Assembly: GCA_964016885.1 (NCBI GenBank)
Contig: OZ024740.1
Location: 210,180,001-210,244,000 of the forward strand
DNA length: 64,000 bases
Direction: 5' to 3'
Origin: Eledone cirrhosa
Taxonomy: Eukaryota
The notes beneath the pieces are model-generated. The model saw nothing but the letters and a program-made list of their open reading frames with translations, made no database searches and was not told the origin of the DNA. Shown here in pieces: positions 54,454 to 64,000 of this stretch (position 1 is its first letter; the number at the start of each line of letters is the position of its first letter). Made by a program: the position numbers and the translations under genes.

Positions 54454-56696
54454 CGTCGGATAGGGGAAAACAGAAACCCCCAAGAAGGAGTAAAGGAGAG
54501 TTAAAGAGGGAAGTTAAAAAGTATAAAATAGAAAATGGAAAAACAGAAAGTAAAAAAAAATGAAAGAAATAGGAAGCTATAGGTCCAGGCTGGGGGAGGG
54601 GGCAGGGTAGATGGTAGGGGGTGGCATGGGTGTGTGTGTGTCGAAGGGGTGAAAGGGGAGAAAAGGTAGGAGGGGGTGGGGTGGGTGGGTGCTGTAAATG
54701 TTCTCAGAGTATAGGAAGAGTCGGCAAATGGTTAAGTGTGTGTGTATGTGTAGATGTATACATATATATGTGTAGATGTATATATATGTGTAGATGTATA
54801 TGTATATATATATATACAAACACACATGACGTATTATTTTGGTTGAGTCATTACACGATGTATTTACGACTGTTATTTTTTATCCACAGACAAGCAACAA
54901 CATATTTAAAGTTAAATCAACTTCTGCGCATTTATCTTCCACACTACGTTTGGATCGATTCGATCTTCAATCATCTTCAGATGTCATAGATTTACATAGT
55001 ACATATCCACAGACTGGGATATAGAAGCATCAACAACCTGGTGTGTGTGTGTGTGCGTGTGTGTGTGAAGAACTCTTTAAAATCTACACTCACAAACACA
55101 ATGTATTTCCTATATCAGTCATGTTGCTTTTCAGTCACAGGTACCTGTGTTCTAACCCTACATTTGTCCCTGTAAATAGTTATTTCTCCAATCTTATTGA
55201 TATATTTAATACTGTATGCTATTTGTACATATATGCGGAACATTTATCTAATATAATAGAAATGAATTATAAAAAATATTAATCTTATCTTTGTGTTAAT
55301 AATCAGCTATGTATAAGGTGTCTCTCAATTAAACCATTAATTTATCAAAATGCAATTTTCTCAGTTTGTATGATTGCTCATATATCTGGTAATCTTGATA
55401 TATAAACGGCATACCAATCTTAGACCCCAAACATTAACTAACTTCAACACTACTGCCATTATTGACAACGCTGATTCACTAGTGTTAATATAAAGCGGAC
55501 AAAAGTGGACAAAAACCACTGGAGATGGAAGCGATTAAAACGTAGAGATCATGTTAAGGGTTTGAAAAAAATGTTTGCAGTTCAAAATCCTGCCAGTGAG
55601 AGAGGTCGACATTTCCGTAAAATAAATATCAATTATAAAGTGAAGTGGATTCGCTCGATTGCTTCCTCCTCCACCATCATCCCATACCAAAAGTAATCGT
55701 AGTATTAAGTATTTTCAGAATCAGAGACAAATAATAAGCCAAGTAATTTGTTGTCAATGTTTTTAGTGTTCCAGTTATGCTTCTTTTCTGTTTGTCAGTG
55801 GCAACTAGATTTGATTTCGGTTTGTGACCATAAAACGTCCTCAACATTGATATAGGCATACATTATGTACATTAGCCCACTTAACGCACGAATATTATCA
55901 CTCCAGTACTTATAATGATTATGTTATAGCATGGCTATTTTAACATCTGATAACTGATGCACATATATCAAGCATAGCCTTTTGGGAACTATTTTACGAT
56001 AAATATTATAGGAGTTGTTTCGTTGCTGTTGATTTTTTTTTTTTTTTGTCATGTTCTTTGCAAAGAAAACAGAATCGAACATTTAGAAGTTTAGACTTAG
56101 TATCTCGTATACTACAAATCCTTAAACCGATTATTGATATAAGTATATATTATTTACATTGGCTCATATATCGTACCAATATCATCACGCCATCACCTTG
56201 CAACCCTCACAACATCATCATCATAAGCATCACCAACCACAATGACGCCAACATTATATTATAGTTTCCTAATATAGTTGAAATTAAAGGAAATGCATAT
56301 CATTTGTTCTGTCAACATTTCATTTTTTGACAAATTGAGGAAACGGCCGAGAATATCAATTTAAAATTCATCAAAAACAAAAACAAAACAGGAACTGACC
56401 GAATTTCAATAAATAATAACAATGATAATAATAATAATAATAATAATAATGTTTTCTTTATTAACCACAAGGGTTCACATAAAGTAGACATTAAGGACAG
56501 TACAGGACAATACAGGACGGTACAAATGGGCATTTCTGCGTGTAAAAAAAAAACAGAGGTTGAAATAAAATAACAAAGAAAAATTCCCCAATAGGGGGGA
56601 GACTTCCAAGGGACATTTGTGGAGAAAGCCCATTAAAAGACCACAGTGGCCCTGACCACCAGGGCAAGTGCCCTCTCCCAGTTTTCCACCTTTAAT

Positions 56697-59600
56697 TTAC
56701 AGACACATACTCAGAGAAGGCCCATTCATTCGGGCCATACTTGCTTCTCTCACCCATCTTTCAACAAAATGCTGGGAAGAGAGCACTTCCCTCTCTACCC
56801 TGATTTTCCTTTTCAAATGAAATTTGAAAAAGTTAATCAGGGCATCACCGAAGAGGTAAGTGCTCGTCTTCAGCCCTTTCAAACGTGTCCACCATACTAT
56901 CTCTTTCGCCATGGCCACCAGACAGATAAAAACTGCCTGCCCTTCCAGGCTAAAGGAAGGGGGCGGGGCAATCCTCACGATGGACTCAGCTGATAGCCGG
57001 ATCCGTCCTACACGTGACAGCAGGTGTTCGACATAAACCCACAAGTCAGCAATGCTCGGACACTGGACGAGTGCGTGCAGGACGGTTTCGTCGCCCTGCG
57101 CGCATCTCGGACATGCCCGGCTGACGGCACCTCCATGCCTGTAGAGTTTATCCCGAACTGGCAAAGCTCCTCGGTAGCACTGCCAGGCCAGGGATTTCTG
57201 GAAGTTGTCCATAGGCCCCGGCCCGAAAGTCCTTCCGAAGAGATTGGCTAGTTGATTTTCGTCGACGCCTAGAGTTTCCCCAAGTACGTCGTCGCTCTTC
57301 CCCTCCACTAATCCCCTATAGAACGCCAAGGTGGAGTTTCCACCGATCACATTGCCCGATTGGTCGAGGGCTGTGAGCGCCTGAAGACATTCCAGTCTCC
57401 AAGCGCTCCCTCTCGGTCTTCGCTTGACCCAGGACTGCAGCTCCGTCAAGGAGACGAGCTGGGGAAAAACGTGTCTTGCAAACGGCGACCACACCTGATC
57501 ACCGTCGAGGAAGAGGTGGAGATGTCGTAGCCTGAGCGCGTGTCTGCGCATCATCAGCCACGGCATGCCCAGCCCTCCACGTAGCGGGTGTTGCGGGTGT
57601 TGACAGCAGATGGACCGCCTGACCATCGGAGCGCGTCCCTTCCACAAGAAGCGAAAGAGCAAACGCTCCAGCGCAGTCAGGCGGGGCTTAGGACAAGGTA
57701 CGACGGTCAGGCGGTAGTAGATGACGGATGCGATGTACGCATTCGCCACCTCCGCTCGACCTTTCAGGGATAGCTTCCTCTCGGCCCATTTCTGGGTGAG
57801 AGAAGCCACCCTGCTCGTCACCTCGTCCCAGTTTTTGTCCGTCTGGAGGTCTGGACCGAACCAGACCCCTAGCAATTTAACCGGTCCGTCCGTCCAGCGC
57901 CCAACGACGCTGTTGGACGGCATGGACCTGCCTCTCCAGGTGCCGAGCTGCAGGCCCACTGACTTTTCCTGGTTGATCATTGCTCCTGTCACCGCTTCGT
58001 ATTCTCTTAGTGTAGTGCCGATCGCCTCGATGTGTTTGCCGTTCGACACCACTACGGTGACATCGTCGGCATATGCTGACACGGATCTTCCGCATCCTAG
58101 TTCGCGCGGGACCCCCCTCAACGTCTCCAGTTTGTGCAGTAATGGCTCGAGAGTCAATACGTACAATAGGGACGAGAGGGGACATCCTTGGCGGACCGAG
58201 CGCATGATGTTGAACGGTTCCGAAAGGTGACCGTTCACTCTCACTACAGAGCAGTTGTCGCTGTGCATGGCAGCGATCCAGCCTCTGAAGACGGGCCCAA
58301 AGCCAGCCGCCCTCAGGACTGCCGCTAGGTAACGATGGTCGACCCTATCGAAGGCTTTCGACTGATCTAAATTGATCAAAGACCCACCCGTGCCAGGTTC
58401 CTTAGCTACCCTCTCTACGATGTATCGCATGAGGTGGAGGTTGTCGTGGATGGATCTGTCGGGAATGGCGCATGTCTGTGCCTCTCCCACCAGACCACCA
58501 ACGACAAGTGCCAACCTCTTTGCTAGCACCTTGGCCAAAATCTTGAACTCTGTGTTTAGCAGAGTTATGGGCCTAAAATTATCTATGTTATCCCCCTTGT
58601 TCGGATCCTTTCTCAGCAGCGCCACCGCTCCTCGGCTCACAGAGCTGGGAATTCTCCCGTTCTGTTGCCAGTTGCAGTAGACGTCCGCCAAGAGGCCTCC
58701 GAACAAGTTTGGCATTTGTACGTAAAGTTCATAGGGCAGACCATCCAAACCAGGCGATTTACCCCTTGTGCAACTAGTCATTGCATCCCGTACTTCAGCG
58801 GTTGTTATCGGCTTTTCGCAACACTCCGCCTCAGTGGCCGAAAGCCGCGGCAGTCCGTCGAGGTAGACACTAGAGTCCATCCCTCGATCCGGCCCGCCAC
58901 TGCCCCCGAACAGTTGATCGAAGTGTCGCTGAAAAGCTTCACACATTTGCCCGGGATCGAGTAGCATGCGCCCGTCGTGGTCCACCAAAGACCGGATCGT
59001 GGCTTTGTTGCCACGACGCGCCTCCGCCACTCGGGCCCATTGAACGGCTTTCGTCCCCTCGTGTCTGAGAGCACGCACCCTAGCTCTGACAACGCAGCCT
59101 TCGTGCTTTGCATTGAAGAATTGGTCAAGGGCCAATTTCGCCGCAAGTACGTCGGTCGCGATGCCTTTGCTAAGCGCCTCATCTAATTTTCTAACTAATT
59201 CTCCCTCTGCTCTATTTTTCTCTATTGCTAAAGTCTTACTAAACCTAATGGACTCTATTCTAATTGCTCTTTTCAGAGCAAACCACCACTTGTTGTTGAC
59301 GATGGCCCCCGTCAACGCCCGCTTAACTAGTTCGCTAATCCGGTCTCTGTAGGCCTTGCGCGCTGGTAAGGACGCGTTTAGCTTCCAGTAGCCGGGTCCT
59401 CGTCTATGAAGACTATCTAAGTCAAGCACACAGATCACGAATTTGTGGTCCGTGTAGCTGACTATCTTGAATTGTGGACAGCCTATGCTAGACCTATCTA
59501 TTTCCCTACAAAATACTCTATCTAGATATGATCTGGATGACCCTATGCGATTTGTCCAAGTCCACATTGGTACATTCGGGAAATCCATTCGGTACCTGTC

Positions 59601-60125
59601 AGACAGTTCAAAACGTCTGAGCAGGTTGGTGAGACTCTTGCACCCTCCTTCCCTATCCACTAATCCCACACAATCCCAGCGTGCATCTAAGATCCCGTTC
59701 CAGTCGCCCACTAACACTAAAGAGCGGGACGTTCCAAGAAAGGTCTCCAGACGCCGGAAGAAATCAGGCCGCCCTGCTCCTGTCGGGGCATAGACGGCCA
59801 CTAACCTGAAAGCTTGCCCGTCTCCGCTGGTCACGTCCAGCACCACCAACTTACCCTCTGGGTCCAGGAAGATGGCCCGTATGGCAAGATCCAAACCTCT
59901 CCGAAAAAGCACAGCAACTCCTCCCCCCGATCCCGGACGGCTGGGAGATGCGTACACATCGTAGCCGCCGAAAATCGGTGCGAAAGCCTGTGCTTCGGAG
60001 ATTCTGGTCTCGCTGATGGCCACTACATCTATGTTTAGTGACCTGAGGTCGTTGAGCAGGTGGCCCTGCTTCCATGACGACCCCAAGCCACGCGCATTTA
60101 TGCTGCCTATTCTGAGTGAGGTCAT
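56697..60125 (-). CDS. LINE ORF2: APE endonuclease, reverse transcriptase, C-terminal zinc finger (1142 aa)
   Basis: SINARGL, ISETR, AVYAP, VGDWN, SYLDRVF, YTDH; GYWKLN; KSPGLDGLP, NFRPITLLN, LDQSKAFDRV, VRQGCPLS, AYADD; CPRC..ETVLHALVQC. Confidence 0.97.
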   Translation of the reverse strand: MTSLRIGSINARGLGSSWKQGHLLNDLRSLNIDVVAISETRISEAQAFAPIFGGYDVYASPSRPGSGGGVAVLFRRGLDLAIRAIFLDPEGKLVVLDVTSGDGQAFRLVAVYAPTGAGRPDFFRRLETFLGTSRSLVLVGDWNGILDARWDCVGLVDREGGCKSLTNLLRRFELSDRYRMDFPNVPMWTWTNRIGSSRSYLDRVFCREIDRSSIGCPQFKIVSYTDHKFVICVLDLDSLHRRGPGYWKLNASLPARKAYRDRISELVKRALTGAIVNNKWWFALKRAIRIESIRFSKTLAIEKNRAEGELVRKLDEALSKGIATDVLAAKLALDQFFNAKHEGCVVRARVRALRHEGTKAVQWARVAEARRGNKATIRSLVDHDGRMLLDPGQMCEAFQRHFDQLFGGSGGPDRGMDSSVYLDGLPRLSATEAECCEKPITTAEVRDAMTSCTRGKSPGLDGLPYELYVQMPNLFGGLLADVYCNWQQNGRIPSSVSRGAVALLRKDPNKGDNIDNFRPITLLNTEFKILAKVLAKRLALVVGGLVGEAQTCAIPDRSIHDNLHLMRYIVERVAKEPGTGGSLINLDQSKAFDRVDHRYLAAVLRAAGFGPVFRGWIAAMHSDNCSVVRVNGHLSEPFNIMRSVRQGCPLSSLLYVLTLEPLLHKLETLRGVPRELGCGRSVSAYADDVTVVVSNGKHIEAIGTTLREYEAVTGAMINQEKSVGLQLGTWRGRSMPSNSVVGRWTDGPVKLLGVWFGPDLQTDKNWDEVTSRVASLTQKWAERKLSLKGRAEVANAYIASVIYYRLTVVPCPKPRLTALERLLFRFLWKGRAPMVRRSICCQHPQHPLRGGLGMPWLMMRRHALRLRHLHLFLDGDQVWSPFARHVFPQLVSLTELQSWVKRRPRGSAWRLECLQALTALDQSGNVIGGNSTLAFYRGLVEGKSDDVLGETLGVDENQLANLFGRTFGPGPMDNFQKSLAWQCYRGALPVRDKLYRHGGAVSRACPRCAQGDETVLHALVQCPSIADLWVYVEHLLSRVGRIRLSAESIVRIAPPPSFSLEGQAVFICLVAMAKEIVWWTRLKGLKTSTYLFGDALINFFKFHLKRKIRVEREVLSSQHFVERWVREASMARMNGPSLSMCL

Positions 60126-60159
60126 GTTGAAAAGGAGTGGAAAAGATGGGAAAGACCAC

Positions 60160-62117
60160 TTACCTTACTTCTCGTAGGGGAAGGACGGCTTTTCCATCCT
60201 TTTCACTGCTTGTGGCCTCCTCAGGAAGGATGTCCTTATAAATCCTCCTGGAGAGTGCTTGTCGGAAGTCTCCGATGTCTTTGGGGAATTTTTGTTTTAG
60301 TGTCATGTACGTTTTCTGTGTGATGCGAGTGATTTGTATGTGTGGAGGTGGTGTGAATTTTGGGGTTGTTGTGTAGTCTTTTTCTGTGATGCTGGTGTTG
60401 TGTTGGATGTAGTGTAATAATTGCTTGTTGTTCAAATTTAATGCTGTGTAGTGTGTATCGTTTTGGTTGTTTTGTTTTGTTTGCGTTTGTTGTGGGTTTG
60501 TTTCTGTTTCGTATTTTGGTGACTTTTGTGGTGTAGGTGATGGTGGTGCTGGGGATAATGATGGTGATGGTGTTGGTGTTTGGGTTGATGGGGTTGGTGA
60601 TGCTGGTGTGGATGGTGGCATATCTGTCCTAACTTTTTTGTTTCTTAGTTTATTTGTTTCCCTCTGTATTTTGTTTTTGGAGGGGGAAGGAAGAGAATTT
60701 TTTCTTTTTTGGTTTCTTTTTTTTTTCCGGATATCGTTTCCCACTCCTCGTCGTCACAATCTGTCTCCAGTTGTGATAGGCCGGGGAGTGGAAAATCCTC
60801 CACAGCCGTTAGTTTTGGTTGTGGTGTGGTGGATGGTGTAGGCGCTGGTGCTAGTTCTGAAGCGTTGGGTGGTGGTGGTGTTGGTTTTGCTGGTGGTGGT
60901 AGTGGTGTTGGTTTTGCTACTGTTGCTGGGGTTGTTGCTGTTATAGTTGCTTCTGTTGTTGCTGCTACAGTTGTTGCTGCCATCTCTGCTACTGGTGGTG
61001 TTGATGGTTGTGTCACTGGGGTGGGTAGGAGAGGTGGCCTCAACCTTTTAGCCTGAGGGCAGAAAGCCCTTAGGTGGGTTCCTTCACCACAAACGACACA
61101 CCTAGGTCTTCTGCCCTCGACAATTACCGTGAGGTGGCTGCCGTCGTTGAGGTCTATTACCTCTGGGATCTCCTCAATGCTTTTTTGGTCCGCTTGGATC
61201 AGGAGCTCCATCCCAGATCCGGACCAGTTTTCCTGCTTTTCTTTTGCTATTGTTATTATTTTCGTGTTGGCCTCGATGCCGGCGATGACAGCCGCTATTA
61301 GCCAGGGAATTTCGATGGCCGGTGGAACATGGGTCACCCTGATCTTTACGAGTCTCTGGCCACAATAGCTTGGGACGAGTGTGAAGTCGTCACTTTTTAA
61401 TGGGGCCATGGAGTGTTCTCTAGCCTCCTCTGGTGTTTCAAAGAATACATCAACGGTTCCATACTTTTGCCCACGTCTGATGTGGGTTTTTCTTGCCCAC
61501 ACATGTCCCAAAGCTTTTTGGATTTGGGACTCGGATGCCCGTTCCACTCGGCGCGATTTTACACATATTGTTCTATACGACACGGTGCACAGGCGCCGAT
61601 GCTCCATTTTATTAGGTGGGGGGGTGAGGCTGACCCTGTACCCATCTTTCTTTACCATTTGTTTGGCATTTTCTAAATCTTCTTGAGTTACCGTGAACGC
61701 TTCGAATTGTTTTGCTACGATGGCGAAACTGAGGGTCGGTTTTATAATGTCATTGTTGTTGTTGTTGCTATCGTTAATATTAATTTTATTTTCAGTTGTG
61801 GTGGTGGTGGCGTCAGTCGTCTTTGGTGGGGAAGAGTCCATTTTGCTTGATTTCATTTCGACGTCACGAGTTAATTTATTTTTTTCTTCTTTTGTTTCTG
61901 TTGTCGCGGTGGTGGTGGTGGTGGAGGGTTTAACACCTGCAGTCATTGGTAATGGCGGGAAATGAATGTCTGCCTGAGACAAATTTAAAATATTGCTATT
62001 GCTTATATTTTTTTTTGTGTTGGCAAACGTAGTAACATTTACAATGGTGGTGTCGGTGTGAGGTGTTATTTTGTGAGGAAGGCTTTCAGCTGCTTCGTGC
62101 AGAGGGGAATTAGCCAT
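60160..62117 (-). CDS. LINE ORF1 (gag-like, CCHC knuckle), split by a frameshift at an A10 run (60717-60726)
   Basis: CVVCGEGTHLRAFC knuckle; frames 60645-62117 and 60160-60744 overlap and join as WETISGKKK-RNQKRK with one extra A. Confidence 0.8.
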
Positions 62118-62326
62118 TTTTTTTCAAAGAAATTTTTGGATAATAATAAAAGTTAAAATTTTGGGCACAAGGCCCCAATCTTTTTGGGTGTCCTTTTCGG
62201 AAAACAATGTATGTGTGCTTATAAACAGTTTACAATAAAATTTTCCATAAATGGCAATTTTTAAACAAACGGAAATAACAAACCTTTGCGGAGCTCACGA
62301 TAATACGATTTCCTACGTAGGTCGCC

Positions 62327-62384
<58 letters not shown>

Positions 62385-63676
62385 GGGATGTGAGAATCTG
62401 TTACATCAGCCAGGAAATAAGAACAGAATTGAAGGTCTCGAATGTTTTGTAGAGATATATACAGTAATAAAATTACTCTATGGAATGTTGCAATTTCATC
62501 TTATCATAATGTCAAGCTAACCTTAAGCAAACTGTTGCCAATTATTTAAAGTAAAATTTAGGAGACTAAAATATTTATTCTTTATAATCTGTCGCTGTCC
62601 TTGTCCTTGCCTCTATATATTTCAAAAATAATGATTTTGTATTCTTTCATATTTAAATGGATGAGGAGAGCCAAATTTCATAACCTCATACAGCCTGAAC
62701 AGGCGACGATTTGCCAGAGTTGTTAGAATGTCGGATAGAAAGCCTTTCGACATTCGTTCCTGCTCTCTGCGCTCTCTGACATAATATCCTGCCGAGGTCA
62801 ACTTTGCCTTTCATCCTTTCGAGAAACGTGAGGCCGAGTGACGTCACACAAGTGTTGACGGTCTACTACTTTCTGGTGTCCTTGTGCTAGTAGTTCGCGA
62901 GGTGTGGAGACGTGTTGTGTGAACGCAGACTGAGTTCGATGTACCGCATGTGCACGGTGGAACGACTCTGCCCAAAGTGATTCGAATACGCAAGGTATAT
63001 CTGAATGCCTCCGGCCACACTTTGTTTAGAATCCACGAGACATCAGCCACGCCAAGACTGAATTTAGGCTTCAAGTCAAAACTTTTTCGCAATGAGGCAA
63101 AAATTCGTTTAAATGAGTATGAGACACCATTTGCGTCATTAGGAACTTGTGTGGGTGAAAGCATATTTAATGATTAAAACATTTAAAAGTATCCAGGCAT
63201 GCATTAAAAAGAAATTAAAACGTAGATTTGTGTTGACGTAAAGCAGAATAAATATTGACAAAATGAAATAGTTCGAGAAACCACCCCCTGCAAATGTACG
63301 ATTTACTATATTTACTTAATGCTTCTCTAACATTTATAGCAAGATACGAAAATGCTGAACTTCACTCAAGAGCCTCGACAAGGCAAAAGAGATCTGTTAA
63401 TTAAATAAGTCAACAATTAATTTTTATGATATGCTTGAATAAATTTTGGATTTTAAGTGTTTGAAAGCACACCTAACTTCATTTAATTAAATACTATATG
63501 CACTTTAAAGAAATTATTTTCGTAAAGTATAACAAGTGTGAATAAGAGAGATGTTGTGGAGTATTCAGGGGCTAAGAAGAGCAAAGTTGGACTATATAGC
63601 TTATAGTATATATTTATTTTCACCTCTTTATGTTCAGGTTTCAAATCATTCTACGGATGATTTGACATTTTATCTA

Positions 63677-63844
63677 CCGTATTTCCCGGCGTCAAAGACG
63701 CTACTTTTTTCCTAAAATAAATCTCAAAAATCTACCATGCGTCCTGGAGGCCGAAGGTTGTTTATTATGTTTTTTTTAATTTTTGGTTGTCAAAATTAGG
63801 GTACGTCCTCGAGGACGAAGCGTTTTCGGCGCCGGGAAATACGG
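63677..63844. mobile_element. Tc1/pogo-type MITE
   Basis: 15-bp TIR ccgtatttcccggcg / cgccgggaaatacgg, preceded by TA on the left. Confidence 0.8.
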
Positions 63845-64000
63845 GATCTTTACAGCACTCATATCATTAAGATTAAATATGTAAAACACACACACAGACA
63901 CGTACATATGTATGTGTGCATGATTAGAATAAAATCAAGTACCAGAATTGTTTTTATCGATCGCCACAGTTTACTGCATGCCTCTCTGTGTGTATCAATA

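Larger units (their letters stand above)
56451..62326 (-). mobile_element. Apparently full-length Tx1/L1-clade non-LTR retrotransposon (about 5.9 kb) flanked by (AAT)n
   Basis: ORF1, ORF2, 3' UTR with AATAAA just before the end; (AAT)n at about 56410-56450 and 62327-62383. Confidence 0.95.

Noticed and set aside
57024-61965. Plus-strand ORFs antisense to the LINE (and similar ones antisense to the PLEs)
   Set aside because: Shadow frames of coding sequence with no independent motifs.

Overview
AT-rich, microsatellite-saturated animal DNA. The Meta- and CORE-type tRNA SINEs and the Penelope and Helitron load resemble cephalopod (octopus) DNA; that is an inference. No host protein-coding gene could be identified with confidence. 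The window is dominated by mobile elements: (i) an intact Penelope-like element (PLE; RT plus GIY-YIG) in a tandem-plus-inverted array (14247-21425); (ii) a head-to-head inverted pair of a second PLE (31851-36072); (iii) two more PLE 3' fragments; (iv) a near-intact Tx1/L1-clade LINE between (AAT)n tracts (56451-62326); (v) RTE and CR1 remnants, many Helitron fragments, SINEs and MITEs. The layer the ORF track misses is RNA. Reading both strands gives about ten complete hammerhead-ribozyme (HHR)-like motifs plus several halves, from several unrelated families. Most are minimal type I with a tiny or palindromic stem III, and several have a long stem II. They occur in PLE pseudo-LTRs, in short fold-back elements, and in a non-coding terminally redundant unit inserted in (TA)n (468-nt period at 10.7-11.3 kb). 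A second, circularly permuted 632-nt family (22.6-23.3 kb, 40.8-41.9 kb) has only a partial core. Both look like retrozyme or circular-RNA parasites of PLEs. All folds were read by eye and no activity is demonstrated.
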